Origin: Candidatus Bathyarchaeia archaeon
Lineage (GTDB): Archaea; Thermoproteota; Bathyarchaeia; Bathyarchaeales; Bathycorpusculaceae
Reading direction: 5' to 3'
Assembly: GCA_049969855.1 (NCBI GenBank)
Contig: JBMFOB010000012.1
Location: forward strand, 1-41,505
Length of the DNA: 41,505 nucleotides
Shown: positions 7,366 through 17,119 of the stretch, in pieces
Position numbering within the stretch: position 1 is the first letter of the stretch
Layout of the letters: every line of letters begins with the position of its first letter
Notes under the pieces: generated by a model
Told to the model about the DNA's origin: nothing
The model's input: only the letters and a program-made list of their open reading frames with translations
The model's database searches: none
Translations under genes and position numbers: made by a program

Positions 7366-9299
7366 ATTTTTTCACCTCCTTCCACAATTTTTGTTTCTAT
7401 AGGAACAATGATGGTAACCGTTGTGCCTTCTCCAACTTTGCTTTCCGCTGAGATTTTGCCGCCGTGGGCTTCCACTAGGCGTTTGCAGATTGGCAAGCCT
7501 AAACCCATACCCTTTGATTTAGTTGTGAAAAATGGTGTCCAAATTTTCTCTAAAACATCTTTTGAGATGCCCGTTCCAGTGTCGGTGAAGGCTATTTCAA
7601 CATTGCCATTTGATTCCTTACTTGTTATTGTAAGTTTGCCACCTTTTGGCATGGCGTCTACTGCGTTTTTTATTATGTTGCCGAAAACTCTTTTCATTTT
7701 GTCAATGTCAACTTTTATTTTTGGTTTGTCTTGGGTTAAGTCTAAAATTTGTATTCCTTCTGGAACCTCAACCGTTAGCAATGTTTCCGCTATTACTGCT
7801 TTTGGAGTTGTTTCTGTGAGCTCCAATTTTATTTCTCGTGAATACTCCATAAGGTCTGAAACTATGTTATTTGCGTATTCCACGTTCTCCTCAATAAGCT
7901 TCAGCATTTCTCTAACATTTTCATCTGTGTGCGAACCTAACTTGTTTTTTAGGTAGTAAACTGCACCTTTTATGCTAGTTAATGGATTGCGAAGGTCATG
8001 TCCAACCATGGCTGCAACTTGTCCAATTGTGGCAAGCCTTTCAGATTTGATGAGTTGTTCTTGGGCTTCTTTTAGTGCTTTAGTTCTCTGCTCAACAAGT
8101 TCCTCAAGGTGCTGCGCATACTCTTCAAGTTTCTTTTGCATTTGCTTCCTTTCTGTTATGTCCCTTGCAATGCCTATAATCTCAATTTTTCCACCACTAG
8201 TTACAGGGATTACGGATATTTCAGCAAAGATTTTTCTGCCATCCTTTCTTATTAATTCAAATTCGTCTGGTCCATATCTTTCTCCTCGCATGTTCTTTTC
8301 AATCGCTTCTTTAACTTTTGGCAAGCATTCTTCCGAGTATATTCCAGTTTCAAGTATGTTTTTTCCAATAAGCTCTTCCTTTTTGTAGCCAATTAAAGCC
8401 TCTGCCTGCTTGTTACCATCTATAAAGTTGCCGTTTACATCGTTAATGTAAATGGCGTCAGGAGCATATTCTATTAAGCGTTTAAACCTCTCCTCGGATT
8501 CTTTGAGTTTTTCCTCCATCTTTCTACGTTCAGTGACATCCATTATGATGCTGATTGCGCCCACATATTCGCCCTTCTCATTCCAGAGGGGTGACGCTGA
8601 AACTTGGATAATGCGTGGTTTGCCATCTCTATGATGCAGAGTGATTTCGTAACAGCTGGTCTTGCCTCGTTTTCTAATTTCCGTTTGTTCCTTTATCATT
8701 TTGAAACTTTCTTCGTCAACAAATCTTCGCAGATTTACCCCTATAAGCTCACGTTCATTGTAACCAAGAATTTCCGCAAAAGCTCTGTTTGCAAAAGTGA
8801 TGTTTTCATTTGCATCTACTGTTATTATGCCTTCAGAAGCTGTTTCAAAAATTGTCTCAAGTCTTTTGTTGGTCTCAATTAACTTCTTTTCAATACTCTT
8901 AAGCCTAGTTATATCCACTATTATTGCTTGGAAACCAACAGTTTTGCCATTAATCATGAAACGTGTAGGTTTTGACCATAAATTTAGGATTTCGCCGTCT
9001 TTACGTAAAGCTCTAAACTCTAAGTCTCTGGGTTGTCTCCGCAGTATGATAATTCTGATGAATAAGCGGGTTACTTTGGCTTTGTCTTCTGGATGTAGAA
9101 AAAATGTGAATGGACGACCAAACATCTCTTCAGCAGAATAGCCCAACAAATCAGTCATTGCCTTATTAACATACACAAATCGTCCCCTAGTATCCGTAAT
9201 ACCCACTGCCGCCGCTGCATTTTCACACAAACTACGGAAACCATGCTCAGACATCAAAAGCTCTGCAAACTCAGTTGCGGCATTGGCTCCTTTTGGCAT
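7317..9299 (-). CDS. Cytoplasmic sensor histidine kinase with three PAS domains
   Basis: Three PAS/PAC repeats ending DIT/DVT, H-box HDLRNPL, N/G1/F/G2 boxes, no TM segment. Start uncertain. Confidence 0.95.
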   Translation of the reverse strand: MPKGANAATEFAELLMSEHGFRSLCENAAAAVGITDTRGRFVYVNKAMTDLLGYSAEEMFGRPFTFFLHPEDKAKVTRLFIRIIILRRQPRDLEFRALRKDGEILNLWSKPTRFMINGKTVGFQAIIVDITRLKSIEKKLIETNKRLETIFETASEGIITVDANENITFANRAFAEILGYNERELIGVNLRRFVDEESFKMIKEQTEIRKRGKTSCYEITLHHRDGKPRIIQVSASPLWNEKGEYVGAISIIMDVTERRKMEEKLKESEERFKRLIEYAPDAIYINDVNGNFIDGNKQAEALIGYKKEELIGKNILETGIYSEECLPKVKEAIEKNMRGERYGPDEFELIRKDGRKIFAEISVIPVTSGGKIEIIGIARDITERKQMQKKLEEYAQHLEELVEQRTKALKEAQEQLIKSERLATIGQVAAMVGHDLRNPLTSIKGAVYYLKNKLGSHTDENVREMLKLIEENVEYANNIVSDLMEYSREIKLELTETTPKAVIAETLLTVEVPEGIQILDLTQDKPKIKVDIDKMKRVFGNIIKNAVDAMPKGGKLTITSKESNGNVEIAFTDTGTGISKDVLEKIWTPFFTTKSKGMGLGLPICKRLVEAHGGKISAESKVGEGTTVTIIVPIETKIVEGGEKIWINAPESSSLTTTKT

Positions 9300-9497
9300 T
9301 CTGGCACTTCCGCTATTATTTAAACAATTCAAGTGAATTTTCTCGAGTTTTCAGAATTTAACTTGTATGAATGTGGAGTCTAAATTAGGAGTAAACATAC
9401 ATATTCAGAAGCAGAATCGGACCATGAACAAAAATAGGGTTATAAGAAAGAAATCATCAAATATGGAAAATCAATTAGGAATTCAGCTGGATACGCA

Positions 9498-10280
9498 ATG
9501 TCAGAACCAAAAATTGGCTTATCCACGCTTCACTGTTTAAGCCAACCATTCAAAAAAATGACCAACAAAATACTCGAAACTGGAACAAACTACATAGAAG
9601 TTGTTGACGACGGCTTTCATACGTTAAACAAGCAAAGGGTTCTAAAATTAAAAGAGATAAGCGAATCTCACAACTTGAAATATTCTGTTCACGCACCATT
9701 TGCAGACATAAACATCGCTTCACCCTCAAAACCCATGTTGAATGCCATGCTCAAAAGACTGGAAAAATCAATGGCTTATGCAAACGCCCTAAACGCTTCC
9801 GTTTGGGTCTTCCACCCAGGGCTAAAAACAGGCGTTAGCATGTTTTATCCAGACATGGATTGGCTTCAAAACTTGAAAACAATACGCTTACTGCTTAAAA
9901 AAGCACAGGATTATGGCGTTAAAATAGCCATAGAAAACGTGCCAGAACCCTATCCGTTCCTTATGAAAAGTGTTCAAGATTTCGCAAAGTTTTATGAAGA
10001 GATTGGCGAGGAGATAGGCTTAGCTTTTGATGTTGGACATGCCAACCTGAACGGACAAATAGATAGTTTCCTAACAGTTTTCAAAGATAGGATTGTGCAT
10101 GCGCATTTGCATGATAATGATGGAAAAGCAGACCAACATTTAGGAATAGGCCGTGGCACAATAAATTGGGATGACGTTGCAAAATTATTCAGAAAAATTT
10201 GTTACAACAAAATCTTAATTGTTGAATCAGTTGAGCATGTTGAAGAAAGCATGCAAAAATTAAGTAGGCTGTTCCTCTAA
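9498..10280 (+). CDS. Sugar-phosphate isomerase/epimerase (AP endonuclease 2 TIM barrel) family protein
   Basis: SVHAPF, HPG, IEN, DVGHA, HLHDN...DQHL, E metal ligands. Confidence 0.9.
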   Translation: MSEPKIGLSTLHCLSQPFKKMTNKILETGTNYIEVVDDGFHTLNKQRVLKLKEISESHNLKYSVHAPFADINIASPSKPMLNAMLKRLEKSMAYANALNASVWVFHPGLKTGVSMFYPDMDWLQNLKTIRLLLKKAQDYGVKIAIENVPEPYPFLMKSVQDFAKFYEEIGEEIGLAFDVGHANLNGQIDSFLTVFKDRIVHAHLHDNDGKADQHLGIGRGTINWDDVAKLFRKICYNKILIVESVEHVEESMQKLSRLFL

Positions 10281-11200
10281 ACATCTGGAAGCGGAATCTC
10301 TATTCGCATAAAGTCCTCTGCAACTTTCGTGTTTTTGAAAATTTTCTTTGCTTGCTCCAAAAGTATGCTTGTATCATCGTATCTTGCGCTAACATGCGTT
10401 AAAATCAACTGTTTCACTTTTGCTTTTTTGGCGTTTCTCGCCGCTTGTTCTGGTGTAGAGTGCCCATCCTCTTCAGCTCTCTCAGCCATTTCATTGTCTA
10501 ATGTGGCGTCATGAATGAGCAAATCTGCGTCGGAAGCAAATTTCGTAAGACCTTTAAACGGTCTTGTGTCGCCAGTGTAAACGATTTTTCTTCCAAGTCT
10601 CGGTGGTCCGGTAACATCTTCTGGTTTGATTATTCGCCCATTGGATAGCTTAACCTTTTTTCCATGCTGCAGTTTTGACCATAAGGGACCCTCTGGAACG
10701 CCCAAGGCTTTTGCTTTTTGCGGGTAGAATTTTCCTGGGCGAGGTTTTTCGATGAAAGCGTATGCCAAACTTGGGATTACATGGTTTGCCCAAACGGCTT
10801 GGACAAAATATTCTTCCTCTTCGCAAATGATACCAGCCTTTTGTATTTCGTGGATTTCAACTGGAAATGTCAAGACAAACTGAACTGTTTCCCTAATGCC
10901 ATCTAAAAAGCGCTTTATTCCTGACGGCCCATAAATGTCAAGTTTTTTTTCTCTGTCAAGCAATGCCATGGTTTGCAGTAGCCCGGGCAATCCTAGAACG
11001 TGGTCGCCATGCATGTGTGTTATGAAGATTTTCATTTTTTTGTGGAATCCAGCCTTGGCTTTTACCATTTGTCTTTGCACGCCTTCGCCGCAATCGAACA
11101 TTATTTGTTCTCCTTTGCGTTGTATGAGGATGGATGGTAGGCTTCTTTTTGGTGTTGGAACGCTTCCAGCCGTGCCTAAGAAAGTTATGTGTAGGCTCAT
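10277..11200 (-). CDS. rnz: Ribonuclease Z
   Basis: FLGT..P, DCGEG, THMHGDH, GP exosite, GDT, HST, LTHVSARY. Confidence 0.97.
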   Translation of the reverse strand: MSLHITFLGTAGSVPTPKRSLPSILIQRKGEQIMFDCGEGVQRQMVKAKAGFHKKMKIFITHMHGDHVLGLPGLLQTMALLDREKKLDIYGPSGIKRFLDGIRETVQFVLTFPVEIHEIQKAGIICEEEEYFVQAVWANHVIPSLAYAFIEKPRPGKFYPQKAKALGVPEGPLWSKLQHGKKVKLSNGRIIKPEDVTGPPRLGRKIVYTGDTRPFKGLTKFASDADLLIHDATLDNEMAERAEEDGHSTPEQAARNAKKAKVKQLILTHVSARYDDTSILLEQAKKIFKNTKVAEDFMRIEIPLPDV

Positions 11201-11206
11201 AGGTGT

Positions 11207-12244
11207 TTACACCTTTTCGAATACTGCTATTTCTCTTGTTAGGCTTCTGTGAACATAAACGAAATGGGATTCTAAATGTTTATAGCCTAAAATTGTGCCT
11301 ATTCTTCCAATGTTTATTGTTTTTGGCGCAGCCATGCAAACCCTTTGTCCTTTGCTGAGAATGCTGTAAACAGTCATTAATGCTTCTTCAACTATTTGTT
11401 TTGTGGTTCGTTTAAGAGTTGTTGCGGACCTTCCATACGGCGGGTCTGTTACTACACAGTCAACTTTCCTTATTGGTGCGGTTCTTGCGTCGGCAACTAT
11501 TAGGCCTTCTGGTTTAATGTTTAAGTGGGTCATGTTTTTGAGGCTTCCCTTTACCATGCGCCGCTGAATATCCGAACCCAAAACACTACAACCAATAAGC
11601 GCTGCTTCTATGAGCATGCTTCCTGTGCCGCAAAATGGGTCAAAGACTAATTCTTCAGTTTTTGGTTTGGCAAGGTTCACCATGCATCTTGCAAGTTTTG
11701 CTGGCATGGCTGATGGATGAAAGAAAGGTTTTTTCTTTGGGCGTCTCTCCATAAACTGTGTTGGCGAAATTTCAGCTAGTTTTATGCCGAAAATGAATTT
11801 TTTGTCTGTTAGGATTCCAGTGAAGGTTTTTTCTGGATTTTTTAGGTTTACTTTTGCTTTTGCTTTTTTGTTGAGGATGAGCTCTCCAATTTTTCTTTCA
11901 AGAACCAGGCTGTTAATGTTTGGAACATGGTTTTTTATGCGTTTTACACGGACTGCAAAGCTTTCGCCATCTTTTAAAACCTCGTTTGGGCTTAAGGAAA
12001 CTGCAGCTTTAATTATCTCGTTTATTTCGGCTTCACAATTGAAAAGTTCTAACCCGCAAAGCCTTGTGAGAGCTGCTCTGCGTTTTAAAGCGTCTACACA
12101 GTTTGGTTCTGCTTCAAGCCTTAAAACTTGGTCAAGTTTCTCTAATATTTTAAAAGCATAGCCTTCTGCTTCAAGGATAGCCTTTAACTCGGAAACTGGT
12201 AGGGTTTCATGTTCGCCTGAAAATAGAAAGAATAGTTTAGCCAC
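11207..12244 (-). CDS. THUMP-domain tRNA G10 N2-methyltransferase (Trm11/TrmG10)
   Basis: SGEH start, THUMP domain, DPFCGTG, TDPPYGR, HRSLTR. Confidence 0.9.
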   Translation of the reverse strand: MAKLFFLFSGEHETLPVSELKAILEAEGYAFKILEKLDQVLRLEAEPNCVDALKRRAALTRLCGLELFNCEAEINEIIKAAVSLSPNEVLKDGESFAVRVKRIKNHVPNINSLVLERKIGELILNKKAKAKVNLKNPEKTFTGILTDKKFIFGIKLAEISPTQFMERRPKKKPFFHPSAMPAKLARCMVNLAKPKTEELVFDPFCGTGSMLIEAALIGCSVLGSDIQRRMVKGSLKNMTHLNIKPEGLIVADARTAPIRKVDCVVTDPPYGRSATTLKRTTKQIVEEALMTVYSILSKGQRVCMAAPKTINIGRIGTILGYKHLESHFVYVHRSLTREIAVFEKV

Positions 12245-13121
12245 TTTTATGCTCCCGAATTTCTTTACTTATTAATGGCGCAATAGAAACTTTGCTCACA
12301 TGGCTTGGAACAGTATCAGTGCCAACAATTTCTTCAACCCCAGCTTCGAAGATTCGCTTTTCAGCATCTCCAATAAGTAGCGGGTGAACACAAGCGGCAC
12401 AAACCCTTTCAGCTCCAAGTTCTTTCAAAACTTTAGAAGCAGCCACTATTGTGCCGCCCGTGCTTATAATATCGTCAAAAATTATTGCAGTTTTTCCTCT
12501 GACATCAAATGTTTTCTTTTCAACGCTAATTTGCCCAGTGTAACGGTCTCTTTGTTTTTCTAAGTAGCCACATTCTCCGCCCAAAACTTTTTTGGCTTCT
12601 TCGGCAATTTGCATTGCGCCTTTGTCTGGTGCCAGCACAAAAGCTCCCACATAACCCTTGTTTTTGAAATGTTCTGCTAACAGTGAGATTGCCGAAACAC
12701 TCTTTGCTGGGAATGGAAATTTCGTTAAAACTTTTTCTTGGTGAACGTTCACGGTTATTAGGCTGTCAATTCCAGCCGCCTTTAGCATTCGTGCAATTGT
12801 TTCGATGCTTATGGCTTCGCCTGGCAGAAAAGCCTTGTCTTGGCGTGCATAAGCCAAATAGGGCACGATGGCTGTTACTTTTTTTGCGCCGTTTCTTTTG
12901 GCTGCGTCTGTGATAAAGGCTAATTGTATAAGTTTGGGGTCTTGGGGCGGGCTTGTGGTTTGCACTATGAAGGCTTCTTCGTTTTGCACTTTGCCTTCTA
13001 ATCTTATGTAGGATTCGCCGTCTGGAAATGTTTTGAAGGCGACTGGGACTGTTTCTGCGTTTAGGAGTTCTGCTATTTTTTCGCCTAATTGTTTCGATGC
13101 TGGTCCAAGAACTATTTTCAT
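12237..13121 (-). CDS. prs: Ribose-phosphate pyrophosphokinase
   Basis: FPDGE, PYLAYARQD, APDKG, DDIISTGGT. Confidence 0.97.
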   Translation of the reverse strand: MKIVLGPASKQLGEKIAELLNAETVPVAFKTFPDGESYIRLEGKVQNEEAFIVQTTSPPQDPKLIQLAFITDAAKRNGAKKVTAIVPYLAYARQDKAFLPGEAISIETIARMLKAAGIDSLITVNVHQEKVLTKFPFPAKSVSAISLLAEHFKNKGYVGAFVLAPDKGAMQIAEEAKKVLGGECGYLEKQRDRYTGQISVEKKTFDVRGKTAIIFDDIISTGGTIVAASKVLKELGAERVCAACVHPLLIGDAEKRIFEAGVEEIVGTDTVPSHVSKVSIAPLISKEIREHKSG

Positions 13122-13155
13122 TTTTTTCCCATGTTATGATTCGGTCGCTTTTCTT

Positions 13156-14433
13156 TTAGACTTTTCCAGTAGCTTTATACTGTTCTATGAGTTCTTTTGC
13201 TCTGTCCATGCGGATTTTGCGTTCTTCAACCATTTTTTCAGCCACCAAATCTATCAGCTCGTTTGTGGCGCCTGCGGCTATGGCTATGTTTCTTGCGTGA
13301 AGCGACATGTGTCCGCGTTGTATTCCTTCATGGGCTAAGGCTCTCAAGGCGCCTAAATTTTGGGCTAAGCCTACAGCGGCTAAAACTTCGCCGAGTTCGT
13401 TGGCTGTTTTTACGCCTAAGATTTTTAGGGCTATGCGTGCTATTGGATGGGTTTTTACGGCTCCACCTATTAGGCCTACTGCCATTGGTAGTTCTATTGA
13501 GCCGATTAGGTCGCCGTTTTCGTTTTTCTCCCATGTGGATAGTGTTGTGTAGTGTCCGTTTTTTGCTGCGTAGGCGTGGGCTCCTGCTTCTATGGCGCGG
13601 TGGTCATTGCATGTGGCGATTATTACGGCTATTATGCCGTTCATTATGCCCTTGTTGTGTGTTGCTGCTCTGTATGGGTCTGCTGCTGCGAAAGCCCAAG
13701 CGTTTACGATGCCGTCTACAACTTCTTCTCCGCCAACTGATTCTTTTGGCACTGTGCACCATGCGCGTGCTAAGCGTTTAACAGCCAAATTTGAAATTAT
13801 GCGTAAATAAACGCGCCCGCCTGTTATGCGTTCTATTAGGGGTGCAACGGCTTCTGCCATTGTGTTTACGGCATTAGCGCCCATAGCATCGCGACAGTCC
13901 ACGTGCAATTCTGTGATAACCATGGGTCCTTGGGTTGTTTGGATTACTTTTGCTTCTAAGTCTTTTGCTCCACCACCAACCGAAACTAAGACTGGATCTT
14001 GGTCATTAGCCTTTTTCAAGATTTCTTCTTTTGCTTGGATTACTCGCATTTTAGCCGCGTAGGGGTCTTTTATGCCTATGGCTTGGATTTGTCCAATCAT
14101 TATTGGCGGCGTGCTACTCGTATGGAAGCCTCCGCCATCACGCGCCATTTTCGCAGCATAACTTGCCGCAGCAACAACAGAAGGTTCTTCAATAGCCATT
14201 GGAATCAAATAGTCGCGCTTGTTTATCATGAAGTTTACAGCTATGCCTAATGGTATGGGAATGGCGCCAACAACATTTTCTATCATGCGGTCAGCCAAAT
14301 CTAAGGGCAAAGAACCAGTATTCTGCAATAAAGCTGCTTCATCATCAGTTAAATTGGCAAACTTCTTAACAAAATCTAAACGCTCTTTTGGACTAAGCTT
14401 ATAGAAACCCGAAACCAAAGACGACTTACCCAT
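13156..14433 (-). CDS. mvaA: HMG-CoA reductase, class II
   Basis: ENVVG, EEPSVVAA, DAMGAN, RAATHNKG, GIQRGHMSLH. Confidence 0.95.
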   Translation of the reverse strand: MGKSSLVSGFYKLSPKERLDFVKKFANLTDDEAALLQNTGSLPLDLADRMIENVVGAIPIPLGIAVNFMINKRDYLIPMAIEEPSVVAAASYAAKMARDGGGFHTSSTPPIMIGQIQAIGIKDPYAAKMRVIQAKEEILKKANDQDPVLVSVGGGAKDLEAKVIQTTQGPMVITELHVDCRDAMGANAVNTMAEAVAPLIERITGGRVYLRIISNLAVKRLARAWCTVPKESVGGEEVVDGIVNAWAFAAADPYRAATHNKGIMNGIIAVIIATCNDHRAIEAGAHAYAAKNGHYTTLSTWEKNENGDLIGSIELPMAVGLIGGAVKTHPIARIALKILGVKTANELGEVLAAVGLAQNLGALRALAHEGIQRGHMSLHARNIAIAAGATNELIDLVAEKMVEERKIRMDRAKELIEQYKATGKV

Positions 14434-14746
14434 ATACATCACTTTAGCGATTTCGGTAACAGCAATGTCCTCGTATGCTTTTAAACTTTAGCAAAATATG
14501 GGTTTTCTGATATTTAGCTAACGGTTTCTTTCAGCTTTGTTCTCTCTTTTATTTTGTCTTTTATGGCTTCCTTAGCAGCCTTAATGGCTTATTTTTTAAT
14601 GCTTTCATTTTTCTTTGAACGCCTGTGGAATTTTTGTGGAAAACTTTTGCATACTTACGCAATTCTCACCAATTGATAATACAAAACCTAATAAAAATGA
14701 AGTTTTTCCAATGATTTTTAGAGGTATAGGCAATGTTTTTTAAAAA

Positions 14747-14758
14747 AATAAAGGGGGT
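14747..14758 (-). terminator. Pyrimidine/T-tract terminator candidate
   Basis: Minus strand ACCCCCTTTATTTTTTT directly after the 14759 stop codon. Confidence 0.45.
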
Positions 14759-15259
14759 TTAGTATGCGACTGTTATCTCGAAGCCATAGTTACCTGGTAC
14801 TGCATCTGATTTAGCTTTGATTTCAAAGTCAAACCTGAAATAACTATTTAATGATTTGTTGAGTAATGAAGCGCTTGTAAGAGCATCTAATGTTCCAACG
14901 GTCGTCCATGTACCTGGCACTGTGGAGTTCTCATAGACATATACATTGCAGGTATCAAATACACTCGTCGAGGCTGGGTCTGTCACTGTAATGTTTACAT
15001 TAGTAGTTGCACCGGTGTTCTTTAGATATAACGTCTCGTTAAACCAAGTATAAACACCTTGTTGGACTGTAAAAGTCATATTTACAGTACCTCCAGGGAC
15101 TATCGAACCGTCTTTAATCCAGACTATTTGTTGCGAAGTTACCGTTATTCCAACACCCATGAACAGGTAGGTGTATGTATACGCGCTTGCCGTTGCTATA
15201 AGCAATGATGTTATTAGCAGTGTCAGTAGTTTCAAGCTTTTCTTAATATTTGTTTTCAT
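14759..15259 (-). CDS. Secreted all-beta protein; TasA/AbpA/cannula-like fibre-subunit candidate
   Basis: Signal peptide ending ATASA, long N-terminal beta-strand, LYLKNTG motif, several N-x-S/T sequons, no C-terminal anchor. Confidence 0.6.
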   Translation of the reverse strand: MKTNIKKSLKLLTLLITSLLIATASAYTYTYLFMGVGITVTSQQIVWIKDGSIVPGGTVNMTFTVQQGVYTWFNETLYLKNTGATTNVNITVTDPASTSVFDTCNVYVYENSTVPGTWTTVGTLDALTSASLLNKSLNSYFRFDFEIKAKSDAVPGNYGFEITVAY

Positions 15260-15963
15260 TTTGTGTTTTCACCTCCTTTTCTTCTTTTTCTTTCTTTTAG
15301 GGTTTCTATCCAAATTTTTGCGAGGACGTATATGCTTACGCCTAGGACTAGGACGCAGGCTATTGCTAGGGCTATGGCTGAAGTTACGAAGGCTGCCGCT
15401 CCCCAAGAAGGCTTAAACAAAGCGTATAATGTTGCGCCAGTTATTGCTGCGCCTGCGCCTAGGGCTATGTACCACCATTTCGGCTTGAAAAACACGTACG
15501 TGCCAACCCCCACTACTAAAGTGTCGAAGGCAACTATACCCACAAAGGTGGCTTCCCAAGACATCTGCGGAGCAATTATGAACGGGTGAACAGCAACTTC
15601 CGCATAACTTGTTAAGAAGAAGACTGTTAATGTTAGGGCTGGAAAGGTTACTGTGAACATGAAAACCTTCGCATAATTCAACAGTTTCTTCATTAAGCCA
15701 AGATAAGCGTTGACGGCAATTATGTTCGCCAAAGCCACTATTAGATAGAGGAGGCTGTACCAAAAGCGCATGTACTCGCCAAAGAATGCTATGAACTCTC
15801 TGCTAACGAGCAGTTGTCCAAAGCCAGCCAAAGCAGCCAACTGGTAAATGTACGGCAAAGCCCATGGAAAATGTCTGTCTAAGAGGCATGTTAATAGGCT
15901 TATGGCTAGGAAAAGGTCTATGCCCAACAGTGCGAAGAACTCTGGTTGTAGTGGGGAGGGCAT
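15256..15963 (-). CDS. Hypothetical polytopic membrane protein (~7 TM)
   Basis: About seven hydrophobic segments and a basic C-tail; ATGA overlap with the downstream gene. Confidence 0.8.
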   Translation of the reverse strand: MPSPLQPEFFALLGIDLFLAISLLTCLLDRHFPWALPYIYQLAALAGFGQLLVSREFIAFFGEYMRFWYSLLYLIVALANIIAVNAYLGLMKKLLNYAKVFMFTVTFPALTLTVFFLTSYAEVAVHPFIIAPQMSWEATFVGIVAFDTLVVGVGTYVFFKPKWWYIALGAGAAITGATLYALFKPSWGAAAFVTSAIALAIACVLVLGVSIYVLAKIWIETLKERKRRKGGENTK

Positions 15964-16010
15964 TTTGGTATCGCACTCGAATGTCTGGTTTCTTTTTATT
16001 TAAGTCGTAT

Positions 16011-16035
16011 GAATTCGGAATTTGAATCCGAATTC
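16011..16035. promoter_or_regulatory. Perfect 9-bp inverted repeat, operator candidate
   Basis: GAATTCGGA-N7-TCCGAATTC about 7 bp upstream of a minus-strand TTAAATA box (15997-16003). Confidence 0.55.
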
Positions 16036-16105
16036 TACAATAGAGAACGTCGAAAGAAAAGATAAATATTGTGTAGTAATACACAATACACACACTCTTT
16101 AACCT

Positions 16106-17119
16106 CTACCTTTTCGGAAGCGCCACAGCACCAATCCCAAAACGCCTACGAATCTCCCTCGCAAGAGTCTCAGCATAACCAACACGAAAATTATCAGTAA
16201 CAACAAACTTAGGCTTAGAACGCCGAACATACTCCATCAAACCATCAAAATCCGAATGATCACTTAAGGCTACAACATATTCTCTATCAGAAATTTCACG
16301 ACAAGGAGAATCAAACTCCCAACCACTAACATAAACCCGAAAAACATCCCCACCAAACCTCTTCCGAGAACCCATATGATAAAAAGCCACACAAGGCAAA
16401 TTCTTCTCCAACAATTCACGGGCTTCCCTTTCCTCAGAAAGCATCAAACGCCCAATACGCATACCATGCTGCTCACAAATTCTCGAAACATGAAGAACCC
16501 TCTCAGGAGCAACAAAAGGCGCCTTAACTTCAGCCTCATGCAAAATCTCCATAACCTCTTGAAGTTTTCCATGATAACCAAAAACATAAACAGAACCATG
16601 ACGCAAACCCTCATTTACTAAGGAAACAAGCAAATCCTCAACATTCTTATCAAAAGAACGCCTACAAGATGGGCTTCCATAAGTAGCTTCCATAACAAGA
16701 ACATCAGCCTCCAAAACAGGAGTCTTATCAATCCTAAAATCCCCAGTATAAACAATCCTCGTCCCCTCCGCATCCTCAACAAGCACTTGGGCAGCACCCA
16801 AAATATGGTCTGCATGGAAAAAAGTCACGGCTTCATCCTCGTAACGAAGGGTTTTACCATAATCAAGAGCCTCCACAAACCCACCCATAAGAAAAAGCGG
16901 ACCCCTCATAACATCAATCAAATCTTTAGTGGCGCTCGTCATCAAAACTTTCTCGCATGTTCTAAGACTTTGATGCAAACCAATCAGATGATCAGCATGC
17001 GCATGAGTTACAACCCTCAACGGTTTGGTTTCATCAAAGGCGTCACAAGCCACATAATTCCCAAGCAGAACAGCTCCACGAGGAGTTATTGCAGCTTTCA
17101 AAGACAAAAACAACACCAA
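16106..17119 (-). CDS. MBL-fold / beta-CASP-type nuclease
   Basis: THAHADH, HILG, YTGD, EATYG, LSDHSD. Confidence 0.9.
   Translation of the reverse strand: MVLFLSLKAAITPRGAVLLGNYVACDAFDETKPLRVVTHAHADHLIGLHQSLRTCEKVLMTSATKDLIDVMRGPLFLMGGFVEALDYGKTLRYEDEAVTFFHADHILGAAQVLVEDAEGTRIVYTGDFRIDKTPVLEADVLVMEATYGSPSCRRSFDKNVEDLLVSLVNEGLRHGSVYVFGYHGKLQEVMEILHEAEVKAPFVAPERVLHVSRICEQHGMRIGRLMLSEEREARELLEKNLPCVAFYHMGSRKRFGGDVFRVYVSGWEFDSPCREISDREYVVALSDHSDFDGLMEYVRRSKPKFVVTDNFRVGYAETLAREIRRRFGIGAVALPKR

Noticed and set aside
7408-14404. Numerous antisense ORFs (for example 7408-7956 and 13197-13781)
   Set aside because: Shadows of well-supported genes on the opposite strand; the same applies to the other nested ORFs in the track.
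14515-14670. Possible pseudogene remnant on the minus strand (..SIKK*AIKAAKEAIKDKIKERTKLKETVS*)
   Set aside because: Short and low-complexity, with no recognisable family; cannot be told apart from A-rich intergenic DNA.
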